Positions 1-8,616 of a stretch of 53,828 nucleotides of DNA are shown piece by piece. Made by a program: the position numbers and the translations under genes. The notes under the pieces were generated by a model that saw only the letters and a program-made list of their open reading frames with translations, was not told the DNA's origin and searched no databases. This DNA is from a virus. Its lineage: Duplodnaviria; Caudoviricetes. Each line of letters starts with the position of its first letter. The stretch's first letter is position 1. The stretch lies in IMG/VR virus record IMGVR_UViG_3300022074_000057, positions 1 to 53,828 of that record; one strand, given 5' to 3'.

Positions 1-107
1 CCTCTGTCCTCTGTCCTCTGTCCTCTGTCCTCTGTCCTCTGTCCTCTGTCCTCTGTCCTCTGTCCTCTGTCCTCTGTCCTCTGTCCTCTGTCCTCTGTCC
101 TCTGTCC
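1..107. repeat. (CCTCTGT)n heptamer tandem repeat, ~15 copies, running off the left end
   Basis: Read directly from the sequence. Confidence 0.98.
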
Positions 108-115
108 TTTAAACG

Positions 116-142
116 AAAAAGGGGAACGGTTTCCCGTTCCCC
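116..142 (-). terminator. Intrinsic terminator after the GATase-GGCT gene
   Basis: Minus strand reads GGGGAACGG-GAAA-CCGTTCCCC-TTTTT. Confidence 0.85.
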
Positions 143-170
143 TCTATTCGTTTCTATGTCGTTTCTTTTA

Positions 171-1157
171 TTAGAATTCGGATAGACATTGTTTATGTGG
201 GGACGGTTCCCCATTGTAATAATATACCCACGCAATAACTCTTTCTCCAGTGGAGTCTATAAACTCCGCTTGTTTGCGTTCGTACATCGTAGGGTGCCCC
301 TCTAGAGCGTCTAGAGCGGTTCTGGATGAATCATCTGTCACCTCGTAAAATTCCACCTCTACGTGATTTCCGTCTGGATGTTCTCCCTCGTATAGAAACG
401 GAATCCCCTCCGCTTGCATTCGTAGTTTTTGAGCGGTTACACCATGCCCTAAATAGGATGCATCGAAAAGATATCTGGAATTATTCCCCCCACCTTGTTT
501 CAATGTCCCATAGACGGCCAATACGTTACAATCGTCCCACGAATCCTCCCCTACTACGTCCCACGGATCTACGTAGCCATCATCCCACGAATAGCCATAC
601 GAAGAATAATCGTAGGATGTCCCAAAGGAATTAGATTTTGTTCCAGACGTTTTCCCATAGGCGAACGTGGAAACCTTTTTGGGGAAGCAATTAGACTTAG
701 AATAATATACCCCGCCTTTCTTATGCCATTCCCCGAATCTGGAAACCGTCCCATCTTTAGAGACAATGGCAAAACGAGTTTCCGTCATGGAGAAGAAGAC
801 AGATCTCAATTCTGTGGGGATTTGTTCTAGATATTCCGAAACTACCCTTGTGTCGGATTTGTGTCTGTCACCTAAATTCCCCACTGTTCCATTAGAAAAC
901 AGATGCCCTCCCGTAAATTCAAACGGGTGGACGTTTTCTAGGTTTACCGTCCCTACAGTAGCATATCGATAGTGCGCCACAAAGGGACGTTTTTGACTGA
1001 TCAAATAACGAGCTTCCTCGTAACACATTGTCTTTACCAATTCGTTTGTATCAGTAAATAGAATACCAAATCCGTCTGGATTTAGCGTTTCAGCATTATC
1101 AATAATATGAGAGGGAATCTCTGTTTTTGATTTTGGCTTATGAATTATTAAACACAT
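171..1157 (-). CDS. Class II (Ntn) glutamine amidotransferase fused to a C-terminal gamma-glutamylcyclotransferase (AIG2-like) domain
   Basis: N-terminal MCLII (Cys2 nucleophile), NPDGFG, HYRYATVG, HPF, NG, SDT; C-terminal AVYGTLK, LDALEG and Y-R motifs. Confidence 0.85.
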   Translation of the reverse strand: MCLIIHKPKSKTEIPSHIIDNAETLNPDGFGILFTDTNELVKTMCYEEARYLISQKRPFVAHYRYATVGTVNLENVHPFEFTGGHLFSNGTVGNLGDRHKSDTRVVSEYLEQIPTELRSVFFSMTETRFAIVSKDGTVSRFGEWHKKGGVYYSKSNCFPKKVSTFAYGKTSGTKSNSFGTSYDYSSYGYSWDDGYVDPWDVVGEDSWDDCNVLAVYGTLKQGGGNNSRYLFDASYLGHGVTAQKLRMQAEGIPFLYEGEHPDGNHVEVEFYEVTDDSSRTALDALEGHPTMYERKQAEFIDSTGERVIAWVYYYNGEPSPHKQCLSEF

Positions 1158-1178
1158 TGGTTTTTCCTTTCGTTTTAA

Positions 1179-2165
1179 TTAAATGAATTCGTTTATTGTT
1201 TCGCAGATTACACCTCTGTTTAAATAATTTTGAAACGCCGTGGCCATTTTTGCAATTCTCATGTGTTCCCCATTGGGGTAGACCTCCCGCAAAAGGGGCA
1301 TACAATTTACGATAAATTCCGTATGTGGCATTCCGATTTTAATTGCCTTAGCTAATTCCGAAAATAGACGGAAACGCCATTTTAATTGTTCTCCGTTTCT
1401 AACTCTTGAAACCAAACGAAATTCTACGATGTTGTGATTCTTCTCACGGATCGCAGCGTAGCGTTCGCCAGTTTTATTCATTGCTTTATCTTTGTTAGAA
1501 TACGAATTGTTAAGGCGGTACCGATATAGTGCATAAAATAAACCCGCATATGGCCTAACTCTTTCCAAAGTTAATCCGTCTCCGCTCATGTTCACATGGC
1601 CTCCGCAGGATGCATTTGACGGCTCATTGCAATAATTGCTTTTATCAACGTGTTCCGAAAATCGCTTGTATTCACATATAGCGTATACATTCGTGATACC
1701 CTCTACGCCACAAGAGGAATCCGTTTCCCACCCCGCAAAGAGTGGTTGATATTCGACGGGCTCACCTTCGCAATCGTTGCCCCCTATCGAAGTCTTTTCC
1801 ACCTCAAATCCGAGACAAAAATCCAGATGCCCTTTTCTATAAAACGCGGGAGTGGGGGAGCAGTGATACTCGTTTATAGCGTAAGGGTTTTCATTAGACG
1901 AGTTACAACATCCTACTTCCGTTACATATAAAGATTCGCATTGCTCACAAAATGTAACATCATCTCGATCATAGAGTATCCCGTTAATTTGCACGATTTC
2001 CTCCCCCAGAAACCATTCGCCATCGTAACATTGCAAATCCCAAAAATCCGAGGAAACCCACTCTCCCTCCGAACAGCCAAGGGTAATTAAGATGGCTTTG
2101 GATTTGGGTAACTCCCCAACATCTAGCGTGTCCACATTTTCTTCTGTTTCTTCTTCTACTATCAT
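1179..2165 (-). CDS. Amidoligase (COOH-NH2 ligase type) with an N-terminal Cys-rich region
   Basis: GFEVE, ETDSS, SCGGHVN and VEFRL motifs; adjacent to GATase-II/GGCT; start moved to the ATG at 2165. Confidence 0.75.
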   Translation of the reverse strand: MIVEEETEENVDTLDVGELPKSKAILITLGCSEGEWVSSDFWDLQCYDGEWFLGEEIVQINGILYDRDDVTFCEQCESLYVTEVGCCNSSNENPYAINEYHCSPTPAFYRKGHLDFCLGFEVEKTSIGGNDCEGEPVEYQPLFAGWETDSSCGVEGITNVYAICEYKRFSEHVDKSNYCNEPSNASCGGHVNMSGDGLTLERVRPYAGLFYALYRYRLNNSYSNKDKAMNKTGERYAAIREKNHNIVEFRLVSRVRNGEQLKWRFRLFSELAKAIKIGMPHTEFIVNCMPLLREVYPNGEHMRIAKMATAFQNYLNRGVICETINEFI

Positions 2166-2220
2166 TGTTTTGCTCTTTATTATTAAGGGAACGGGATTCA
2201 ATGTCCCCACGTCAATAGTA

Positions 2221-2250
2221 ATTCTAAATCATAAATACACGATGAGTCAA
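2221..2250 (-). promoter_or_regulatory. Sigma70-like promoter for the leftward early genes
   Basis: TTGACT-18 nt-TAGAAT on the minus strand, AT-rich upstream. Confidence 0.5.
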
Positions 2251-2613
2251 TTTTTAATTAAGAGAATCGTTTAGCGTGTATACCAATCCCGATTTAAAAA
2301 ACTGATTTTAAAAACGATTCCCGAATCCGGCATCATGATTCCGGCATCATGATTCCGGCAGTTTGGACGATGGAAGCGGGAAGCGGGGAAGAGGGGAGGG
2401 GAAGCATCGTTCCCGCCCCAGTGCGCCTACGCCACCCCTCCCCTGGCAACTTTTCCCGCGCGTGGCTGCTGTACATATACGTGTCTGTAAAAAAATTAAC
2501 GGGTTTTCGAGTCTCCGATTCCCGAACCCCGAATCACGGTTCTGGAAAGAGGAAACAGGGAAAATCGAAGGGAGGAAACGGGGGATATATAAAACCTCTG
2601 TGCGAATAAAAAA

Positions 2614-2775
2614 AGCGTGTGATCTAATGTTATAACCCCTCAAAAAAAGTCTCGTATGAGGCAGGTTGTGTTTATCTGAGCCAGACAAACACAAATGAAA
2701 TCTTAAAGACTTTTATATAGGAAGATGCTGTGCATTGGAACACACGCTCCTGTATGCGAAAGCGCATTAAAACAC
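2614..2775. repeat. Nested palindromic element, copy 1 (second copy at 34585-34719)
   Basis: Shared core AGGTTGTGTTTATCTGAGyCAGAmAAACACAAATGAAATCTTAAAGACTTTTATATAG. Confidence 0.9.
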
Positions 2776-2784
2776 AACTTCTGC

Positions 2785-2813
2785 TTGACCCCGAACCCTG
2801 TGTCCGCTACTCT
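2785..2813 (+). promoter_or_regulatory. Sigma70-like promoter at the start of the rightward block
   Basis: TTGACC-17 nt-TACTCT. Confidence 0.5.
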
Positions 2814-2824
2814 GGCGGCGAACG

Positions 2825-2974
2825 ATGTCTCCGCGCACTCTCAACGAACCTGGTTACGACTACTTGGTAGAGATACCCCGTAATGCCCCCAGAATCGCTT
2901 CTAAGGCGTTTTTAGCCCTAAGAAGGGTCAGAGGAGCCAAACACCTAAAACAACCCTTAAAACCAAAACTATGA
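2825..2974 (+). CDS. Small basic hypothetical protein, 49 aa (not in the ORF track)
   Basis: ATG just after the promoter; stop overlaps the next start as ATGA. Confidence 0.4.
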   Translation: MSPRTLNEPGYDYLVEIPRNAPRIASKAFLALRRVRGAKHLKQPLKPKL

Positions 2975-3069
2975 CGACAAAAGAAAAAATCGAAGTGATG
3001 CAGGCTTACCTTGATGGGGAGCATATCCAGTCCAAGACGACCAGAGCCAAAGCAGATCCTGAATCCTGA
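2971..3069 (+). pseudogene. 32-aa ORF MTTKEKIEVMQAYLDGEHIQ..., possibly a truncated remnant of a common phage protein
   Basis: A-rich leader; the N-terminus resembles the IEVMQAxxDGxxIQ phage family (from memory); the ORF ends in a heptamer-like repeat. Confidence 0.4.
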
Positions 3070-3077
3070 ACCCAGTA

Positions 3078-3373
3078 TGAGTAAGAATTGGCAGCCTACA
3101 GGGGTCCGCTACAGAGGCATCACTACAACAATATCGAAAGAACGTGTAAGAGAACGCACCAAGCGCGAGATCGACCGTGCGAAAAACAAGATCAAGGAAC
3201 TCAGGGCTGAGATTAAGGTTCTTAGAAAAAACCTACGACTTGCGACTGACGTTGAAGAAATCCATCAGATCGCCCTGCACCCAGGCGACGAAGGTTACGA
3301 CGACGCTGCCATTGAAGAAGTCTTTTGCCCACTAAATTACCACGGAGAATATACTTGGATAAACAACAAATGA
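3078..3373 (+). CDS. Hypothetical coiled-coil protein
   Basis: ORF with likely ATG at 3078; ATGA overlap with the next gene. Confidence 0.6.
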
Positions 3374-3846
3374 ATCTACATAAACACCCCGACTTCCCCG
3401 ACCATGTGATGACCGAAAGTGGGGTCATGGTCTACGTTCCGCTACGGAAGAAGTTAAAGACGCGCTACGAAGTGGTGCGGGACTCCAACATGGCGTATTG
3501 CATCATCAAGTGTGCGGACGGGATCAGGCGCAAGGTCTACCACGAAGACTTCGTAGGAGGCGTTCCAATCCTCGACCAGACCCTGACCCATGAGAAGATA
3601 TTTCAGGATTGGGGCGGTCGAACCGTCCCAGGCTTTGAGGACTACGCCATTGACGAGGCGGGAGTAGTCTACCGTGTGCTGCCCTACCGAAAGGGGCGCG
3701 GTCGCAGGGTTCCCTTTGTCCTGCACCCTGCATCCCGTTTCAGCAAAGAGTATCTTGTGCTACAGGAAAAGAACACTGGCAAGCGGGTCCATATGTCAGT
3801 AGACAAGATCAAGCTCTTGATAGAGGAAGAGGATAAGGAAGAATGA
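3370..3846 (+). CDS. Protein with tandem NUMOD4-like motifs and no HNH
   Basis: HPDFPDHVMTESG and VPGFEDYAIDEAGVVYR segments. Confidence 0.55.
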   Translation: MNLHKHPDFPDHVMTESGVMVYVPLRKKLKTRYEVVRDSNMAYCIIKCADGIRRKVYHEDFVGGVPILDQTLTHEKIFQDWGGRTVPGFEDYAIDEAGVVYRVLPYRKGRGRRVPFVLHPASRFSKEYLVLQEKNTGKRVHMSVDKIKLLIEEEDKEE

Positions 3847-3995
3847 TAGCGCGGGACAGGGACGCGATACAGGACACAGGGTTCGGGAGTGTTGTCGTAT
3901 CCTTTGCTATGTTCTTCGCGTTTGTTTTAGGTATTGCTATTTTGCTATCAGTAGCGTTTGTTTGCGATGTATTTAAAAACATCTTCCCCCGTTGA
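3843..3995 (+). CDS. Small single-pass membrane protein, 50 aa (not in the ORF track)
   Basis: ATGA overlap; hydrophobic VVVSFAMFFAFVLGIAILLSVAFV. Confidence 0.5.
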   Translation: MIARDRDAIQDTGFGSVVVSFAMFFAFVLGIAILLSVAFVCDVFKNIFPR

Positions 3996-4054
3996 AACCG
4001 CTCAACTGGTTGACTGAGGTTGACTATGAGTTATGTTAAGTATTTAGATCACAC

Positions 4055-6331
4055 ATGAGTAGTCAATCCCGACACCTCGAAATTGATGCCCTAGACTTGG
4101 GATCACTTGATGAAAAAGGCAAGCCCGTTGAGTCTAGGCTAAAGGACGTTAAGGCCGCTATATCTATTTTCCAGACCCTACGCAGAGCAGACGAGAAGTC
4201 CGCAGTCAACCGCGCTAGGATCGACGGGATGTTTGACGGAGCGGCCCCCTACAACAACGACAAGTTGCTTGCCAGTGGTCAGGCGATGAAGACGAACCTC
4301 AACTTCGGTGAGGCGACTCGTTTGCTTGACATATCCGTGTCCGCCTACGTTGACCTATATACCTCGCTTGAGAAACTTGTTGAGGTCAAGGGGACAATCG
4401 GGGAGGCTACTGAGCGAGGAGTTTTTGAGGACATCATCGGCGAGGAACTTACCCACATGATGCGATCCTGGCCGGAGTTCCATAGCAGCTACCTGCGACT
4501 CTGCACCACCTTCATTAAGCACGGTGTGGGGGTAGCCTACTTCGACACCCCAGAGGACTGGAAGTTTCGGGTGGGGGGTTTCACTGACATCCTCATACCA
4601 CGACAGACCCCCGCATCAGAGAACTGCATCGACATAGCAGTGGGCCGCAGAGACTACTTGCTGCATGAGTTGTTTCACTTTATCAAGAACGAGAAGGCCG
4701 CTAAGAAGATTGGTTGGAACTGTGACGAAGTGAAGCGCGTCATCATGAAGAACGCCAAGACCACGGGTCGCCGTTACGGGGACAGTGGTTCTACGTTTAG
4801 TGACTACGAGGCACTACAAGCGGAACTCAAGAACAACGACCTCTACACCGGAATCCAGAACCCGACCGTAGCGGTCCTGCACTTCTGGGTTCGGGAAATG
4901 GACGGGACAGTAAGCCACTACATCAGTGCCGAAGACAACCCCAAGGACTTCCTGTATAAAAAAGAGAGCCGCTTCTCGTCTCCCGAACAGGCTTACATTA
5001 TGTTTGCCTATGGTGTGGGAAGCAACGGAACCTACCACAGCATCCGTGGTCTGGGTCAGCGGATCTTTTCACACATTCAGACAAGTAACCGACTCCGCTG
5101 CCAGATGGTAGACGGAGCCATGCTGGGGTCCGCACCCATGCTACAGGCAGAGAATCAACGCGCCTTGGACGAGTTGCAGTTCACCTACTACGGTGGATAC
5201 GCAGTCCTGAGTCCTGATTTGCGGGTCGTTGAGCGAGCTATCCCGAACTTGGGGACAGCAGTAAAACCTGCCTTGGATGACCTTAGCAACCAGTTGGCTC
5301 AGAACACCGACACGTTCTCTACGTATAGCCCGACACAGGGTTCACCATACAGGAACTCGTTACAGGTTTCGGCGGACTTAGAGATCAGCACCCGCCTGTC
5401 AGGTGCGTCCTTAAACCTGTTTTATGTGTCGTGGACTCGACTGATGCGCGAGATTGTTCGTCGCGTTGTCGAGAGCAAACGACAAGACCCAATGGTTAAG
5501 GAGTTCTACCGTCGCTGCGAGGTTCGCGGAGTCCCCAGAGACTTTATCAAGAAGCTCGACCTTACCAAAACAATAGCCTTACGCGCTATTGGTAACGGAT
5601 CAAAGGCAGGTCGATTGGTTGCACTCCGCGAGATGCAAGCGTTGTCCGGTCGTTTTGACGAAGTGGGTCAGCGCAACCTTGACCGCGATGTGGTAGCCAC
5701 TAGCGTAGGACATGACCTAGCGGACAGATACTTGCCGAAGGAGCCAGGTAGCCGCCCAACCGTAGATGACAAGATCGCCTACTTTGAGAACAGCGACCTG
5801 TCAGAAGGCAAGCAGGTTCCGGCACTGTCGAACGAACTTCACGGCAAGCACCTGCAAATCCACGTCCCAGCCCTGCAAGAGATTATCACAGGCATGGACG
5901 AGGGGACAGTAGACCCCGTTCAAATTTACCAGAGCCTTGTGGCGTTTTACCAACACATCAGCGAAACCCTGCAACTTGCAGCAGGAGACGCAGACTTGCA
6001 GCCGCTTATCAGCAATACGAAGCAAGTCCTTCAGTATGCTGAAGAGGCGATTAATAACACCGCCAAGAAGATGCAGAAGATGCAGCGCGAGGCAGCGGAG
6101 GCACAAGCAAGTGGAGCGGAGATGTCACCCGAAGGACAAGAGGGAATGGCTGCGCCGCCCCAGCCAAACGCCGCTGACTTGAAGATACAGCAAGCGCAAG
6201 TGGATATGCAGATCCGCCGCCAGAAAGCAGAACTTGAGATGGAGCTTCGCCAAAGGAAATTTGAACAAGAGCAAGCACTCAGAGACGCTAAGGCGGCTGC
6301 TGACCTACGCGATCAGATGGACTTAACGTAA
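4055..6331 (+). CDS. Portal protein
   Basis: 758 aa upstream of scaffold and capsid; Q-rich coiled-coil C-terminus as in P22-type portals; largely a positional call. Confidence 0.75.
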   Translation: MSSQSRHLEIDALDLGSLDEKGKPVESRLKDVKAAISIFQTLRRADEKSAVNRARIDGMFDGAAPYNNDKLLASGQAMKTNLNFGEATRLLDISVSAYVDLYTSLEKLVEVKGTIGEATERGVFEDIIGEELTHMMRSWPEFHSSYLRLCTTFIKHGVGVAYFDTPEDWKFRVGGFTDILIPRQTPASENCIDIAVGRRDYLLHELFHFIKNEKAAKKIGWNCDEVKRVIMKNAKTTGRRYGDSGSTFSDYEALQAELKNNDLYTGIQNPTVAVLHFWVREMDGTVSHYISAEDNPKDFLYKKESRFSSPEQAYIMFAYGVGSNGTYHSIRGLGQRIFSHIQTSNRLRCQMVDGAMLGSAPMLQAENQRALDELQFTYYGGYAVLSPDLRVVERAIPNLGTAVKPALDDLSNQLAQNTDTFSTYSPTQGSPYRNSLQVSADLEISTRLSGASLNLFYVSWTRLMREIVRRVVESKRQDPMVKEFYRRCEVRGVPRDFIKKLDLTKTIALRAIGNGSKAGRLVALREMQALSGRFDEVGQRNLDRDVVATSVGHDLADRYLPKEPGSRPTVDDKIAYFENSDLSEGKQVPALSNELHGKHLQIHVPALQEIITGMDEGTVDPVQIYQSLVAFYQHISETLQLAAGDADLQPLISNTKQVLQYAEEAINNTAKKMQKMQREAAEAQASGAEMSPEGQEGMAAPPQPNAADLKIQQAQVDMQIRRQKAELEMELRQRKFEQEQALRDAKAAADLRDQMDLT

Positions 6332-6362
6332 GTGACTCCAGTAGGGGGAACTGACAAATAAG

Positions 6363-6761
6363 ATGGCATACACGAAACCAGGACTGCGTAAGAGAATAAT
6401 CCAAAGGGTCAAGGCTTCTGGAAAGGGAGGCAAGCCAGGTCAGTGGTCTGCTCGTAAGGCGCAGATAGTCGCCCAGAAGTATAAGGCCGCTGGGGGCGGT
6501 TACAAAGGGGGGAAGAAAAAATCACAAAAGTCCCTTAGTAAGTGGACAAAGCAGAAATGGCGGACTAAGAGTGGTAAACCATCTACCCAAGGCTCAAAGG
6601 CTACGGGCGAAAGATATTTACCTGAGAAGGCAATAAAATCACTCTCAGCTTCTCAGTATGCTGCTACCAGCAAGAAGAAAAGAGAGGGAATGAAAAAAGG
6701 TAAGCAGTTTGTGAAAAATACTGCTGCCGCTAGGAAAGCCAGTAAAAAGGCACGAAGTTAA
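6363..6761 (+). CDS. Highly basic conserved phage protein
   Basis: GGKPGQWSARKAQ, KWTKQKW and TGERYLP motifs. Confidence 0.8.
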   Translation: MAYTKPGLRKRIIQRVKASGKGGKPGQWSARKAQIVAQKYKAAGGGYKGGKKKSQKSLSKWTKQKWRTKSGKPSTQGSKATGERYLPEKAIKSLSASQYAATSKKKREGMKKGKQFVKNTAAARKASKKARS

Positions 6762-6766
6762 AAGTA

Positions 6767-7078
6767 ATGAGTAAATTAAATAAAAAAACAAAACCACCAA
6801 TCCCGATTGAACAGTGGTTTAGGGATATGGCGGCTCCCGCAGAATTGCGCGAAATGTTAGATAGTGAGGTTTTCAAATTAGCCGCTGCTACATTGAAAGA
6901 AGCGGCAGGTCCGACTTTTTCAACTTTATCTTCAGACCCAGAAGCCAACGCCATGAAACAAGCGTGGTATGCTGGATATAGAGACGCTTTCCAGGATCTG
7001 GAAAAACTAACCCAGCCAAAAACAACACAAAATAAAACGCCCCAAGAGTGGGCGCACATAAGCCTAAGTAATGAGTGA
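6767..7078 (+). CDS. Hypothetical head-module protein
   Basis: Position between portal and scaffold; AGYRDA motif. Confidence 0.7.
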   Translation: MSKLNKKTKPPIPIEQWFRDMAAPAELREMLDSEVFKLAAATLKEAAGPTFSTLSSDPEANAMKQAWYAGYRDAFQDLEKLTQPKTTQNKTPQEWAHISLSNE

Positions 7079-8285
7079 ACAAGCCGTAATGGACTTTGCC
7101 GAACAGTCAGAGCCACAATTCAACGAAGCAGAACTTGCTGTTGGAGGGGAGGAAACTTCTTTCTCGCAAGCGTTTGAGGAGGCGTTAGATCGTCTAGAGA
7201 ACCCAGTAGAAGAAGCACAACCGGAACCCGAAGCTCCGCAATCTGAGCAGGTAGAAGAGAAACCCGCAGAAGTAGAGGAGGCTCCTGAGTCCGTGGAAGA
7301 GACTGAAGAATCTCAGAGCTTAGAGGAAGAGAAAGACGGGTTTGACCCTACTGACGAGTTGGAAACTCAGGAAACCGCTGATTGGACTCCAAAAGCGGCA
7401 AGGCGTTTCAAGCAACTCAAAGAGGAAAGAAAGGTTCTTAGATCAGAATTAGATGATCTCCGCTACAAGAATACAGAATACGAGAGTAAAATCCAAGAAC
7501 TGAATGGCGCGGTGGAAAATGAGGACATCGAAACGATGCGGGAACAGCTTGCTGAATACGAACAGCAGAAGATGTTCACTGACTTGGAGAATACCACCAG
7601 CTATCAGCAAGTTGTTACTGAGCCTCTTCTTGAGCTAATAAACAAAGCGGAGCAGGTCGCGGATCATTACGACATCGACTCAGATGCCCTTATTGATGTT
7701 ATCTCTATGGATGAAGGGGAAGACCAAGACGAAGCGTTGTCTAATATCTTAGAGGATGTTTCTGATCGAGATAAGGCTAAGATCTACCGTGTTCTGGAAG
7801 ATATTAATCCTATCTTGGAACACAGGACAAACATGATCAATAACTTGGAGGAAGCCTACTACGAAGCGCAGAGCTTGGAAGAGCAGCGGCAGAATCAGCA
7901 AGCGGCTCAGAAAGCGCATGAAAGGCAAGTAATAACTCAGAATGTAGTGGGGCGAGTCAAAGAAAAAGTTCCGTTCTTATCTGGGTTTGAAGGAATTAAT
8001 TTTGATGCTATAGCTCAAAAAGCGTCAGATTCTGATCCCGCAGTTCTCCACCCAGTAGATGCCGCCTATAATGCGGTTGCTGCTCAGATGCTGCCTTCCC
8101 TAGTAAAAGAATACAGCACATTACAGGCGGAACTAGAAAGCCTCACTGACCGGCTCGCGGAGTATGAAGAAGCGGAGCCTGGAACCAGCGGGACAGTTCC
8201 AGAAGCAGGTAGGATTGCTAAGTCTAATGGAGCTAATGTTTCCTTTGAGGACGCTATTAGCCAAAGACTGTCAGGAGTTGTATAG
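7071..8285 (+). CDS. Capsid scaffolding protein
   Basis: Very acidic, coiled-coil, directly upstream of the capsid gene. Confidence 0.75.
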   Translation: MSEQAVMDFAEQSEPQFNEAELAVGGEETSFSQAFEEALDRLENPVEEAQPEPEAPQSEQVEEKPAEVEEAPESVEETEESQSLEEEKDGFDPTDELETQETADWTPKAARRFKQLKEERKVLRSELDDLRYKNTEYESKIQELNGAVENEDIETMREQLAEYEQQKMFTDLENTTSYQQVVTEPLLELINKAEQVADHYDIDSDALIDVISMDEGEDQDEALSNILEDVSDRDKAKIYRVLEDINPILEHRTNMINNLEEAYYEAQSLEEQRQNQQAAQKAHERQVITQNVVGRVKEKVPFLSGFEGINFDAIAQKASDSDPAVLHPVDAAYNAVAAQMLPSLVKEYSTLQAELESLTDRLAEYEEAEPGTSGTVPEAGRIAKSNGANVSFEDAISQRLSGVV

Positions 8286-8307
8286 GGCGATTTAACTCCT
8301 AATAAAC

Positions 8308-8343
8308 AAAAGCCCCTTTCCCGTAATGGGTTAGGGGCTTTTT
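8308..8343 (+). terminator. Intrinsic terminator, possibly bidirectional
   Basis: AAAAGCCCCT...AGGGGCTTTTT. Confidence 0.8.
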
Positions 8344-8394
8344 GTTTTGTATTTAGATTCGGAAAAAACAAAATAAAATATAAGTCTGTCTTAT

Positions 8395-8423
8395 TTGACA
8401 AAAATAAGAATTTATGGGAAACT
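8395..8423 (+). promoter_or_regulatory. Capsid gene promoter candidate
   Basis: TTGACA-17 nt-GAAACT; the same -10 variant occurs at 13793-13821. Confidence 0.45.
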
Positions 8424-8438
8424 TTTAGAAGTTACTTT

Positions 8439-8557
8439 AATTTAAGTTGGTTGTTCTAGCCTTTAATTAGTCCTATTACTTAAATTTATAATATAACTCT
8501 TTACCAAACTAGGTGGTTGTTCTGGCCGTAAAATCAGTCCTAAGAAACCTTGATTGG
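8439..8557 (+). ncRNA. Tandem structured 5'-UTR motif (two copies) upstream of the major capsid gene
   Basis: GGTTGTTCTRGCC..AATYAGTCCTA occurs twice, each enclosed by a different closing stem. Confidence 0.55.
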
Positions 8558-8616
8558 ACAATACAGGCATCTAAAAAATAGATGCTTGGACTAACCCCAA
8601 ATTATTTTTTCTTATC

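Noticed and set aside
2347-2694. Three overlapping ORFs in the divergent region
   Set aside because: Low-complexity translations of GC-rich heptamer sequence in a probable control region
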